In this document: positions 36,120 through 45,888 of the stretch, in pieces
Position numbering within the stretch: the first letter of the stretch is position 1
Layout: every line of letters begins with the position of its first letter
NCBI GenBank assembly: GCA_913043225.1
Contig: CAJWLU010000003.1
Coordinates: 139,545 to 203,544, forward strand
Origin: an uncultured Acidobacteriota bacterium
GTDB lineage: Bacteria; Acidobacteriota; Vicinamibacteria; Vicinamibacterales; UBA8438
Direction of reading: 5' to 3'
DNA length: 64,000 nucleotides
Made by a program: the position numbers and the translations under genes
Notes under the pieces: model-generated
Told to the model about the DNA's origin: nothing
Seen by the model: only the letters and a program-made list of their open reading frames with translations
Database searches by the model: none

Positions 36120-37298
36120 ATGCTTCCTCTCGAGGGGGTCACCGTCCTCTCGCTCGAGCAGGCGGTGGCCGCGCCCTTCGCGACCCGCCAGCTGGCTGAT
36201 CTGGGCGCCCGCGTCATCAAGATCGAGCGCCCCGGTGTGGGTGACTTCGCACGTTCGTATGACGCGACGGTGCAGGGCGAGTCGTCGCACTTCGTCTGGC
36301 TCAACCGGTCGAAGCAGTCGCTCACGCTCGATGTCAAGCATCCCGAGGCCGCTGAGGTGCTATCGCGGTTACTCAGCCGGGCGGACGTCTTCGTACAAAA
36401 CCTGGCCCCGGGGGCGACCGGCCGACTTGGCCTGTCCGCCGAGACGTTGCGGGCGCGGTATCCCCGCCTGGTGGTTTGTGAGATCTCCGGCTATGGCTCG
36501 ACGGGCCCCTACCGGGACCGCAAGGCGTACGACCTGCTGGTGCAGGCCGAGGCAGGGCTGCTCTCGATCACCGGCACGCCGGACGAGTCGGTGAAGGTAG
36601 GTATCTCGGTGGCGGACATCGCGGCCGGGATGTATGCCTATTCCGGCATCCTGACCGCGCTGTTGATGCGACACCAGACTAATGCCGGCACGGTCGTGGA
36701 GGTTTCGATGCTCGAAGCTCTGGGTGAGTGGATGTCGTATCCGTACTACTACGGTGTCTACGGCGGTACTCCGCCTCCACGCTCAGGAGCCAAGCATGCC
36801 GTGATCGCCCCCTACGGTCCGTTCGCCGGCGGCGATGGAGACGTCGTCTATCTCGGTATCCAGAATGAGCGGGAGTGGAAGCTCTTCTGCGCCGATGTGT
36901 TGCGCAGTCCCGAGCTCGCCGCGGATCCACGGTTCGACTCTAACGCGCGTCGCGTGGCGAATCAGCGGGACCTCGACCTGGAGATCGAAACGGTTTTCAG
37001 CGCCCTCGCCACTCCGGAGATTTTGGAGCGGCTGGAGCGCGCGAAGATTGCCAGCGGGCGGATGCGGACGGTGGCGCAGTTCGCCGAACACGAGCAACTG
37101 GCGGCCCGGTCGCGCTGGTGCGATGTGGAGACACCATCGGGCACCATCCGCGCCACCTTACCGCCCGCCACCATTGAGGACGTCAAGCCGGTCATGGCGT
37201 CCGTGCCCTCGCTTGGCGAGGCCACCGATGCGGTCTTGGACGAGCTGGGTTTCGATTCCTCGACGGTCCGTCGGTGGCGCGACGATGGAGTGATCTAA
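36120..37298 (+). CDS. CoA-transferase family III (candidate itaconate/succinyl-CoA:dicarboxylate CoA-transferase)
   Basis: ATG at 36120 gives MLPLEGVTVLSLEQAVAAPFATRQLADLGARVIKIERPGVGD, the family III signature. Confidence 0.9.
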   Translation: MLPLEGVTVLSLEQAVAAPFATRQLADLGARVIKIERPGVGDFARSYDATVQGESSHFVWLNRSKQSLTLDVKHPEAAEVLSRLLSRADVFVQNLAPGATGRLGLSAETLRARYPRLVVCEISGYGSTGPYRDRKAYDLLVQAEAGLLSITGTPDESVKVGISVADIAAGMYAYSGILTALLMRHQTNAGTVVEVSMLEALGEWMSYPYYYGVYGGTPPPRSGAKHAVIAPYGPFAGGDGDVVYLGIQNEREWKLFCADVLRSPELAADPRFDSNARRVANQRDLDLEIETVFSALATPEILERLERAKIASGRMRTVAQFAEHEQLAARSRWCDVETPSGTIRATLPPATIEDVKPVMASVPSLGEATDAVLDELGFDSSTVRRWRDDGVI

Positions 37299-37332
37299 GA
37301 CGAGGGAGTGATCTAATAGGAGAGGAGTCACG

Positions 37333-37833
37333 ATGCCAATCAAAGAAGGGTGGACCGGACGGGTCTACGAAGATTTCGAGGTGAGCGACATCTACGAGCA
37401 CCCCCTCGGCCGCACGGTGCTTGCCGCTGACAACACCTGGGCCACGCTGCTTTCGATGAACACCAACCCGATCCACTTCGACCATGCGTTCGCTGCCAAT
37501 ACGCCGTTCGGACGCACCCTGGTGGACTCGACGTTCACCCTGGCGGTGGTGACTGGCCAGTCGGTGACCGATCTATCTCAGAACGTCATGGCCAACCTGG
37601 GCTGGGATGAGGTGCGGTTGCCGAATCCGGTGTTCGACGGCGACACGATCTACTCGCGGAGCGAGGTGCTGGCTAAGCGGGAATCGAACTCAAGGCCGAC
37701 GGTTGGCATTGTCACCGTCAAGTCGACCGGGTTCAACCAGGACGGTAAGATCGTCATCGAGTTCAAGCGCACGTTCATGGTCTACAAGCGAGGGCACGTG
37801 CCGCCGCGGTTCCGTCCGCCCTCACCCGAGTAG
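37333..37833 (+). CDS. MaoC-like (R)-hydratase (candidate itaconyl-/mesaconyl-CoA hydratase)
   Basis: 166 aa. Hot-dog fold pattern with NPIHFD hydratase motif and DTIYSRSEVL. Confidence 0.88.
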   Translation: MPIKEGWTGRVYEDFEVSDIYEHPLGRTVLAADNTWATLLSMNTNPIHFDHAFAANTPFGRTLVDSTFTLAVVTGQSVTDLSQNVMANLGWDEVRLPNPVFDGDTIYSRSEVLAKRESNSRPTVGIVTVKSTGFNQDGKIVIEFKRTFMVYKRGHVPPRFRPPSPE

Positions 37834-37851
37834 GACGAGTCTGGGAGCGTT

Positions 37852-39306
37852 ATGCGGGACTGGACGCGGCGGGTGTGTCGCGTAGGGTGGGTCTCCGGAC
37901 TGGGCCTGCTGATCGCCGTTCTGGCGGTCGGTTGCGGGCCTTCCTTGCCAGAGGTTGATGGCGATCTGGCCTTCGTCGGGGTGAACGTGCTCCCGATGAC
38001 GGGCCGCGGCGGTCCGGTGGTTCTCGAGAACCAGACCGTGGTAGTCGACGGTCGCCGGATCGTCGCGATCGAGCCTACCGCCGACGTGGCCGTAACCGAC
38101 GGCGTGAGGCTGGTCGAGGCCGAGGGCCAGTATCTGATGCCCGGGCTGGCAGAGATGCACGGGCATCTGCTGGGTCGGCCGCTGCTACCGGCTGACATCC
38201 AGAACCTGCTCTTCCTCTACGTCGCCAATGGCGTGACCACGGTTCGCGGGATGCAGGGCGATCGATCGCACTTCAGGCTTCGCGACCAGATTGCGCGTGG
38301 GGAGACCATCGGTCCCCGTCTGTTTCTCGGCAGTCCCTCGTTGAACGGTGCGCGCGTCACTTCTCCCAAGGTTGGCGCCCAGCTCACCCGCGAGTACGAG
38401 CAACGGGGGTACGACCTGGTCAAGATGCACGAGGGGTTGAGCCTCGAGAGCTTTGATGCGGTGGCCGATATGGCCCGTGAGGTTGGTATCCCCTTTGGGG
38501 GCCACGTGCCAGACGAGGTGGGGCTGCTCCGCGCGCTTGAGGCCGGTCAGGTGTCGATCGACCACCTCGATAACTACATCCAGGCGCTGGTCCCCGAGGA
38601 TCTTCGGCCGGCCGAGTCCGTCGGGCTGTTCGGGGTGGGCGAGCTGCTGCCGTTCGTGGACGAAGGCCGCCTGCCTGAGCTCGTCGAAGCGACCCAAACT
38701 GCCGGTGCCTGGGTGGTGCCGACGATGGTGCTGTGGGAGACGGCTTTCTTCGGCGCTTGGTCATCGGCGGAGTTGCGAGGCGAGCGGCCCGAATTGCGTT
38801 TTGTGCCGCCGGAGCTCGTGATTGAGTGGTCGCAGGCGATCGACGGCCGACTCGCGGGGACGGATCGGGTGGCCAATCGAGGGATCCGTGAGCTGCGGCG
38901 AACGATCTTGCGGGCGCTCGTCGATGGCGGCGTTCGGATCTTGCTAGGTACTGATTCGCCCCAGATCTTCAGTGTGCCCGGGTTTTCGCTGCACCATGAG
39001 ATGGCGTTGTGGGTCGAGAACGGCATGACGCCCTACGAGGTGCTCGAGACCGGCACCCGCCGGGTGGCCGAGTACTACGATGCGACCGACGACTTCGGGT
39101 CGGTCGAGGTCGGTCTCCGCGCGGACCTTCTGCTACTGACCGCCAATCCAATCGAGAATATAGACAATGTCGCCAAGCGCGCGGGGGTGATGTTGAACGG
39201 CCGTTGGTTCCCCGAAACCCACATTCAGCAGAGGTTGGCGGAGATGGCGACGTTCTACGGTCATTGGACCGCACCCCTGCAGCCAAGAACCCATGAAAAC
39301 CCTTGA
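37852..39306 (+). CDS. Amidohydrolase-superfamily protein with a lipoprotein-type signal
   Basis: LGLLIAVLAVGCG lipobox-like N-terminus. LMPGLAEMHGHL metal-binding HxH block and C-terminal ADLLLLTANP. Confidence 0.8.
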   Translation: MRDWTRRVCRVGWVSGLGLLIAVLAVGCGPSLPEVDGDLAFVGVNVLPMTGRGGPVVLENQTVVVDGRRIVAIEPTADVAVTDGVRLVEAEGQYLMPGLAEMHGHLLGRPLLPADIQNLLFLYVANGVTTVRGMQGDRSHFRLRDQIARGETIGPRLFLGSPSLNGARVTSPKVGAQLTREYEQRGYDLVKMHEGLSLESFDAVADMAREVGIPFGGHVPDEVGLLRALEAGQVSIDHLDNYIQALVPEDLRPAESVGLFGVGELLPFVDEGRLPELVEATQTAGAWVVPTMVLWETAFFGAWSSAELRGERPELRFVPPELVIEWSQAIDGRLAGTDRVANRGIRELRRTILRALVDGGVRILLGTDSPQIFSVPGFSLHHEMALWVENGMTPYEVLETGTRRVAEYYDATDDFGSVEVGLRADLLLLTANPIENIDNVAKRAGVMLNGRWFPETHIQQRLAEMATFYGHWTAPLQPRTHENP

Positions 39307-40672
39307 GCCGTCGTCCGCCCTGGTGCGCTGTGGTGAGTTTGTCGCCAGCGCCCATGTTCTTCCTGCCGCACGAAACGCGGCGCGCAACGCTGTACTGGAT
39401 ACGGTCGGCGTGACCCTGGCCGGGTCGATCGCGCCGGCAGCTCGCCTGGTGCGCGAGGTGGCCAGGAGTGAGGGGGGCGCAGCGCGTTGTGGCGTTCTTG
39501 GCACGGGCGAGCGGACGGGAGCCGGCTGGGCGGCGCTGGCCAACGGTACCGCCGCCCATGCCCTGGACTTCGACGACATGTGCTTCGTGTCGATGGCCCA
39601 TCCCTCCGCCCCGCTAGTTGCGGCTGGCCTGGCGGCGGCGGAGTTGGTCGACGCCAGCGGAGAGGCGTTGCTCGATGCCTACTGCGTCGGCTTCGAGCTT
39701 GAGGCGGCGCTCGGCCGGGTCATGAACCCGACCCACTACGAGCGGGGGTGGCACGCCACCTCCTCCATCGGCACGTTGGGGGCGGCCGCGGTGGTTGCCC
39801 GTCTACTCGGGCAGGATCCTGCGACCACCGTACGTAGCTTGGCCATCGCGGCGTCGGGCGCCTGCGGGCTGAAGGAGAGCTTCGGCACCATGGTAAAGCC
39901 ACTGCAAGGCGGTCTAGCTGGCCGCCACGGGGTGCTGGCGGCACAGCTGGCCGCGACCGGCTTCACTGCGACCGAGCTCGCTGTCGAGGGGGCGCAGGGG
40001 CTGTTGGTGGCGATGCAATCGCGGGGGGACGATTTCTCTTCCGAGGTGAGGGCGCTCGGGCAGCAGTGGGAGATCGTTGATGGCGGGATCACGGTGAAGC
40101 TCTATCCGTGCTGCGCGGCGACCCACCCGACCATCGACACGCTCATCGACCTGCGAGCCGAACATGGATTCGGGCCCGAAGATGTCGAAGAGATCGAGGT
40201 GGCCGTCGACAGCGTCACTCCGACCGTGCTCATTCACGACCGGCCGTCGACCGGACTCGAAGGGAAGTTCAGCATGCACTTCTGCGCCGCCGCGGCCGTC
40301 GTCCACGGCCGGGTCGGTATCGAGACCTTCGAGTCAGGTGTCGACGACCCGACTGTGCGTGCTCTCTTGCCGCGGGTCGTCATGCGGGCCGACCCTGAGG
40401 TCGGCATCGATCAGCCCACGCTCACCGAGGCGGTCGTCACCGTGCGGCTGAAGGACGGTCGAACCCTCGAGCGCCGCGTGCGCGGGGCTCGCGGCTATCC
40501 GATGAATCCGCCGACGCGTGACGATTTGGAGCAGAAGTTTCTGTCCTGTGCCCGTCGTGCCCTGTCGGCCGAGGCCGCCGATGATGCGCTGGCCTGGCTT
40601 CGCGATCTCGACCAGCGCCCTATTGCCGGGTTGGTGGAACTGGTTGGCCAGCCAGCCGCCGCCGTCGTCTGA
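39293..40672 (+). CDS. MmgE/PrpD family protein
   Basis: 459 aa. N-terminal ...AARNAVLDTVGVTLAGS and overall PrpD-like pattern. It overlaps the upstream gene by 14 nt. Confidence 0.88.
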   Translation: MKTLEPSSALVRCGEFVASAHVLPAARNAARNAVLDTVGVTLAGSIAPAARLVREVARSEGGAARCGVLGTGERTGAGWAALANGTAAHALDFDDMCFVSMAHPSAPLVAAGLAAAELVDASGEALLDAYCVGFELEAALGRVMNPTHYERGWHATSSIGTLGAAAVVARLLGQDPATTVRSLAIAASGACGLKESFGTMVKPLQGGLAGRHGVLAAQLAATGFTATELAVEGAQGLLVAMQSRGDDFSSEVRALGQQWEIVDGGITVKLYPCCAATHPTIDTLIDLRAEHGFGPEDVEEIEVAVDSVTPTVLIHDRPSTGLEGKFSMHFCAAAAVVHGRVGIETFESGVDDPTVRALLPRVVMRADPEVGIDQPTLTEAVVTVRLKDGRTLERRVRGARGYPMNPPTRDDLEQKFLSCARRALSAEAADDALAWLRDLDQRPIAGLVELVGQPAAAVV

Positions 40673-40679
40673 GGAAGTT

Positions 40680-41534
40680 ATGCCACATCGCCGTGTTCGT
40701 CGGTCCATCCTGTTCGTGCCAGCCGTCCGTCCCGATCGTCTTCCGAAAGCGATCGCGACCGGGGCCGATGCGGTCTGTCTCGATCTGGAAGACGGTGTCA
40801 GTTTCGCTCAGAAGGACGAGGCCAGATCACAGGCGCTGGCGTTGTTGAAGGACCCGGACGCGGGGCGGGCCGAGGTGGTGCTCCGGGTGAACGAGCCGGC
40901 GTCGGAGCTGGGCGAGCGGGATCTCACCGCGTTGCTCGAGTCTGGCGTTCGCCCTGATGCGCTGATGATACCCAAGATCAGCGGGCCGGAGACGATCCAA
41001 GCGCTCGACCGCCGGCTGGCTGGCCGTTTGGATGATCTGCCGCTCTACGCTCAGATCGAGACGGCCGCCGGGGTCGCCCACGCTGACGCGATCGCCACCG
41101 CGTCGCCGAATGTGGCTGTCATGTTCTTCGGCGCGGTCGATCTGTCAGCCGACCTCGGGTGCGTCATCGAATGGGACGCATTGCTGTATGCGCGCTCCAA
41201 GGTGGTCACGGCGGCGGCGCTGGCCGGAGTCGACGCGATGGACACTCCGTTCCTCGACGTCAAGGTACCTGACGCGCTGGCGGAGGAGTCGCGAGCGGTA
41301 CGGCGGCTCGGGTTCACCGGCAAGGCTGCGATTCACCCCACCCAGGTGATGCCGATTCAGTCCGCCTTCTCACCGGACGAAGAGACCGTCGCCTGGGCCA
41401 GGAAGGTGGTGGTCGCCTATCAGGAGAACCGGGGCGGGGTCTTGCTGGTGGAGGGGAAGCTGGTCGAACGTCCCGTGATCGCGGCCGCGGAACGGGTCCT
41501 GGCGATCGCCGACGCGATCGAGGCGGCGACCTAG
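40680..41534 (+). CDS. HpcH/HpaI aldolase / citrate lyase beta (CitE)-like acyl-CoA lyase
   Basis: ATG at 40680 is preceded by GAGGAAG. SILFVPAVRPDRLPKAIATGADAVCLDLEDGV is the CitE-family signature. Confidence 0.88.
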   Translation: MPHRRVRRSILFVPAVRPDRLPKAIATGADAVCLDLEDGVSFAQKDEARSQALALLKDPDAGRAEVVLRVNEPASELGERDLTALLESGVRPDALMIPKISGPETIQALDRRLAGRLDDLPLYAQIETAAGVAHADAIATASPNVAVMFFGAVDLSADLGCVIEWDALLYARSKVVTAAALAGVDAMDTPFLDVKVPDALAEESRAVRRLGFTGKAAIHPTQVMPIQSAFSPDEETVAWARKVVVAYQENRGGVLLVEGKLVERPVIAAAERVLAIADAIEAAT

Positions 41535-42985
41535 CCGACGGCCGGGCTGGCAACCAGTGCGGGCGGCGGGGTGGCCGGCACCGACACGGTGTCTCTGCTG
41601 TGGCGTTTCCGTATCTGCTCATTACGGTCATGGGCCAGCGCGTTCTGGAGCAGCGGCAGGTGGAACACGCCGTCGCCGCAGATCGCCACCGTGTCCGCCG
41701 AGATCGAGACCCACCCCAACTCTTCGAACGCCGCCCACACGACTCGGTGTTCCTCGACCACATCGGTCCCGAAGAGCCGGACGTAGGCGGCGCGATCGAC
41801 AGACATCCCTTGCATTTCCTGGAACAGCAGATGCAGCTGGAGGTCCGGTCGGCCGTAGTGAAAGCCCCGCATCACGGGATAGCGCCCCTCCCGGATGCAG
41901 TCGAAGTACTCGGCGATGCGGACCTGATTCATGAAGGCCCAGCCGGGCGCTTGAGGAGTGCCGAAGAAGAATGAGATGCCGGCGTAGCCCCAACCCCAGG
42001 CGTCGAAGCCGATGGCGCCCTGGTCGTCGGTCTGGAACGGCTTACGGAAGAGTTCCTCGTAGAGATAGGAGCTCGGGAGCTCCGAGTCCTGCCGCTCGAA
42101 GTCGTATGGCGTCACTTGCCGATAGCCATGCGCTTCCAGCACCTCCTTGCCCACCCGATACATCTCCAGGTTCTGTTCGGTCGAGGGCAGCTCGGATCGA
42201 TGGTGACGCGAGAAGGCGGTGCGACCGGCCACGTTGAGCTCGTAGTGGGTGATGTGGGTGACGCCGGTGGCGGAGACCGCCTCGAGGTCACGTACCATGT
42301 GGTCCAGCGTCTGGTTCGGCCAGCCGAAGATCAGGTCCACGCTCGCCGGGAGCCCCAGCGCCTCACATGATTCGAGGGTTTGAAAGACCTGCTCGGCCCG
42401 TTGCTTTCGCCCACTCGCCTTGATCAGCTCGTCGTCCAGCTGCTGGACACCCATGCTGATGCGGTTCATGCCGCTCTGCTTCATGCCGAGTAGCTTGTCG
42501 TGGCTGAACGTCTGCGGGATGCCTTCGAGGGTGATCTCGATGTGGGGAGGGATCTCGAAGACCCCTCGCACGACGTCCATCAGCCGCGGGTATTGATCAG
42601 CTTTGTAGAGGTTCGATGTGCCTCCGCCGAAGTAGATGCTGGCCAGCTCGGCCCCGGCGAAGTGGTCGCGGAATAGATCGCCCTCACGTTCGAGATAGCC
42701 GAGATACTCGTCCAGCTGACGGTGACTCGTGTAGATCTCGCTCGGGAACAGGCAGAAACCGCACCGATCTGGGTCGGTCGGCAGGCAGTACGGGGTCCCG
42801 ACGTAGAGGTTGACCCGTTTCCTAAGAGCGCGGCCCGCTGTGGCGCGGTCCGCGAGTACCTGGTCCATCGGAACCTGCTGCTCCAGCCACTGCACGGGCG
42901 ACGGGTAGCCGTGGAGCACCTTGTTGCTCTGGCGGCGGCGGCGTTGCTTGTCCACGAAGGCGTGAACCGCCTCAATGCTGTGCAT
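41531..42985 (-). CDS. HemN-like radical SAM protein (coproporphyrinogen III oxidase family fold) with non-canonical cluster motif spacing
   Basis: 484 aa. YFGGGTSN, ISMGVQQLDD and DLIFGWPNQT match HemN family blocks. The Cys triad reads CLPTDPDRCGFC (Cx7Cx2C). Confidence 0.8.
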   Translation of the reverse strand: MHSIEAVHAFVDKQRRRRQSNKVLHGYPSPVQWLEQQVPMDQVLADRATAGRALRKRVNLYVGTPYCLPTDPDRCGFCLFPSEIYTSHRQLDEYLGYLEREGDLFRDHFAGAELASIYFGGGTSNLYKADQYPRLMDVVRGVFEIPPHIEITLEGIPQTFSHDKLLGMKQSGMNRISMGVQQLDDELIKASGRKQRAEQVFQTLESCEALGLPASVDLIFGWPNQTLDHMVRDLEAVSATGVTHITHYELNVAGRTAFSRHHRSELPSTEQNLEMYRVGKEVLEAHGYRQVTPYDFERQDSELPSSYLYEELFRKPFQTDDQGAIGFDAWGWGYAGISFFFGTPQAPGWAFMNQVRIAEYFDCIREGRYPVMRGFHYGRPDLQLHLLFQEMQGMSVDRAAYVRLFGTDVVEEHRVVWAAFEELGWVSISADTVAICGDGVFHLPLLQNALAHDRNEQIRKRHSRDTVSVPATPPPALVASPAVG

Positions 42986-43174
42986 GCTGGGTACAGAGAA
43001 ACCAGAGGCGCCGAACGGCGTGCCATGGCGCTGGAACTCGGCTCGTTAGTGACTGGATTGTCGACCGGACAGGAGGGGTTGTCAACCCGAGTCGAGTGGG
43101 TGTCCGCGGGCAAAGCCGAGACCTGGAATACAACCTGCGGGCGACTGATTTTGAGTGCTTGCGAGGGAACTTCG

Positions 43175-45736
43175 TTACCGGATCTTCGCAAGAACGGCGT
43201 GATGATAGTTGAAGTCGACCCGCTTCGGTCGTGCTGGGAGCGGCAGGGTCACCCGCACTTCTTCCTCATCGACCCAGATCCTTCGGAGCATCGGCGGGCG
43301 GTTCTCGAAGGTTAGATGGATCGGCACCGGCATCCGAAATCCGGCCGAGACGTCCCTCTGGCGAATGGTACCCTCCAAGACGTACCCGTCGCTCTCCGTG
43401 CGCACGTCCAGGTCCACGTCGTAGGTCGGGACCTCGACTCCGTAGACCCACTGGTCGAAGAACCAGTCCATCGGTTCGCCAAACGTCTCGTCGACCGCGT
43501 CCTCGAACGATCGGGTCGACATGACGCCGCCGACGTGCGCGGTCGCGTATCCCCGCATCAACTGGCGGAAGCGTTCGTCGCTCCCCGTGTCGGGGTCGAG
43601 CAGCATGGCGCGCAGCATATGCAGGATGTAGGCGCCTTTCTCGTAGACGATGACCCGGTAGTCGAACGGGGTCTCGGTGGAGTTCAGCCGATGGCCTACC
43701 ACCAGCGCTCCAGAGTCGTGGCCGTCGCTTCGCTGGAGCGCGCCCGGCGAAAATCCGTAGTGGCGCAGGCCCATACCCTGTCCCACCTGGCCTTCGCCTA
43801 GCACGTCGTGCCGCCAGGCGTCGATCATCTCAAGGAACTGGTCCTCATCCTCCAGGGCTTGAAGCGCGTACAGTGCCGCCGCGTACTGGGCAAAGCCCTC
43901 GCTCATCCACTGGTCCCGATAGTCTTCCCAGTCAATGGCGGCGCCCCACCACTGGTGAGCGACCTCGTGGGCCCGGAACAATTCCGCCTCGCCGGTGTGG
44001 AGCTCCCCGAAGGCCTGATAGGAGAGTAGTAGCAGGCCGGGAAAGGCTTGACCACTTTGGGTCGGGGTTTCGGTGGTCAACAAGGAGGAGAACGGGAACG
44101 GTCCGAAGTAGTCGCTGAAGAGCTCAATCGATGCCGTGAGGTCCTCGACCGTCTTTTCCCGGTTGCCCGGCGCAAAGCCCAGGTGGTTGTCGTTGCCGTA
44201 CACTGAGACCGCCGGCGGCGACGCGCGTTCGACCGTTGTTACGTCGAATTGTCCGAGGTGGAATGACATGTTGCGTACCGGCTTGTCGGTGACCCAACGC
44301 ATGATCCGAGTGTCGTCCACCACCTCTTCGCGGGTCATGACGCCGCCGCTGGCCACCTGATAGCGCTCAGGCATCCGGAAGGTCAGGTCAAGCCGGGTCA
44401 ACCGGGTGTCTGGATGACGGGGTTGCCAGTAGATAGTGTCCTTGAGCAGGAAGTCGTTGCTCTCGCGAAGGCGTTCGATGAGCTCGCCCTCGTAGGCCAG
44501 CTGGACGACGAATCGTTCTCCCGCCTCGAACGTGCGCGGTAGCTCGATCGTGATCCAGGGCTCGAAGACGTCGTCAGCCATGAGCCGATCGTCACGTTCG
44601 CGGACGAAGGGGACCGCCTCGCCGGAGAGGGGGGTCGGCTCGTCGGGTGCGGGAGCTTCCGCGGCGGTGTTCTCCTTCGCCTCCATCTGGAGGAGCGAGG
44701 GCGACGTGTCTCCCTCTGGCGGCGGAGCGAGTCTGACGTCGATCACCTCCAGCACCTGGCTCAGTAACAGACGAAGACCCCGCGTGGGTTCCAATGGCTC
44801 GATCAGCAGCGCCGCGGTCCCACTCGCGTCTCCGTTGCCCTCAAGCGCGAGATCCACCTGGGCGCGTGGCACTCTGATGCGCGGGTTCCATGCGTCGCTG
44901 TCGAGTGGCCGGGCCGGTAGCCCAAGCGCGCCACCGGTTACCTCGTCGTCGAGGCTTTCCGGATCGACGACGTAGCCATCAAGTGCGCGCGCGCGCTGCT
45001 CCGCGGTGAAGTCAGGCAGGAAGTCGACGCGGAGCCAGTAGTCTCGGATGCGTCGCCGGCTATCGTGCTTGTAGAGTTCGACTTCCTCTCTCGCGCCGGG
45101 GTCGCGCGTGATGGTGAGCCAGCCTTCGTCCTTAGTGTCGATATCGGCTAGGAGAAACGCACGGTCGCTCTGAAGCGTGCCGGCTTGCCGCCGGAGGAGG
45201 TCCTCCAGGATCCGTCCGTCCGGGTTGTGGAGCTGGTCCTCAAGCCGATCTTCCCGCCGGTCGTCGAGATACCGCGCGGCTCGTTTGGGGTCGCCCTCGT
45301 CGTCGGCCGGGTCGGCCAACGCACGGAGGTCTCGCAGTGTGTCGCTTACGGACCAGACCACGAGTCGCTCGAACGCTTCGTCGACGTGGTGGTCGTCGGA
45401 GAGCTTCTCCAGCTGGTGGTACTCCACCGCGTCCGGGGCGAACCCGCGGAGCACGCCGTCTCCGAGGTAGACGGCGATCGGGATTAGGCCGTCGACTTCT
45501 TGCCCGAGATAGAGTCGGCCGTCGGATAGCTCCAGTTCGAAACGGTCGAGACGCAGGCGCTGGCCACGGATGCGACCTGCGTAAGTCATCTCCTCCCCGC
45601 GCAGCGTGGAGTAGCGGCCTGGCGGTTCCCGTTCCTCGTCCTGTGCCACGCTCGGGGTGGGTATCCCTAGAGTGACCGCGTAGACGGCGAGCGGCAGCAG
45701 TACGACTCGGCCGCTGGGCATGTCGCCAGCGTACAC
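43175..45736 (-). CDS. M1 family (aminopeptidase N-like) zinc metallopeptidase, secreted
   Basis: 853 aa with a signal-like N-terminus. HEVAHQWWG followed by WMSEGFAQY gives HExxH-x18-E. Confidence 0.88.
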   Translation of the reverse strand: MYAGDMPSGRVVLLPLAVYAVTLGIPTPSVAQDEEREPPGRYSTLRGEEMTYAGRIRGQRLRLDRFELELSDGRLYLGQEVDGLIPIAVYLGDGVLRGFAPDAVEYHQLEKLSDDHHVDEAFERLVVWSVSDTLRDLRALADPADDEGDPKRAARYLDDRREDRLEDQLHNPDGRILEDLLRRQAGTLQSDRAFLLADIDTKDEGWLTITRDPGAREEVELYKHDSRRRIRDYWLRVDFLPDFTAEQRARALDGYVVDPESLDDEVTGGALGLPARPLDSDAWNPRIRVPRAQVDLALEGNGDASGTAALLIEPLEPTRGLRLLLSQVLEVIDVRLAPPPEGDTSPSLLQMEAKENTAAEAPAPDEPTPLSGEAVPFVRERDDRLMADDVFEPWITIELPRTFEAGERFVVQLAYEGELIERLRESNDFLLKDTIYWQPRHPDTRLTRLDLTFRMPERYQVASGGVMTREEVVDDTRIMRWVTDKPVRNMSFHLGQFDVTTVERASPPAVSVYGNDNHLGFAPGNREKTVEDLTASIELFSDYFGPFPFSSLLTTETPTQSGQAFPGLLLLSYQAFGELHTGEAELFRAHEVAHQWWGAAIDWEDYRDQWMSEGFAQYAAALYALQALEDEDQFLEMIDAWRHDVLGEGQVGQGMGLRHYGFSPGALQRSDGHDSGALVVGHRLNSTETPFDYRVIVYEKGAYILHMLRAMLLDPDTGSDERFRQLMRGYATAHVGGVMSTRSFEDAVDETFGEPMDWFFDQWVYGVEVPTYDVDLDVRTESDGYVLEGTIRQRDVSAGFRMPVPIHLTFENRPPMLRRIWVDEEEVRVTLPLPARPKRVDFNYHHAVLAKIR

Positions 45737-45888
45737 CAGCTTGTCAGGACTGGACGTAGGTAGGGGGCCCGGCAGCGGGTGGTGGGGTCATCGGTCACCC
45801 AAGCTTAGGCTGGCGCCACTTGAGGAAAAGTGAGCGGTTTTCCCCCATGGGTGACTCGTCCGGTCGCGTTCCCGATGACCCTGCTATG

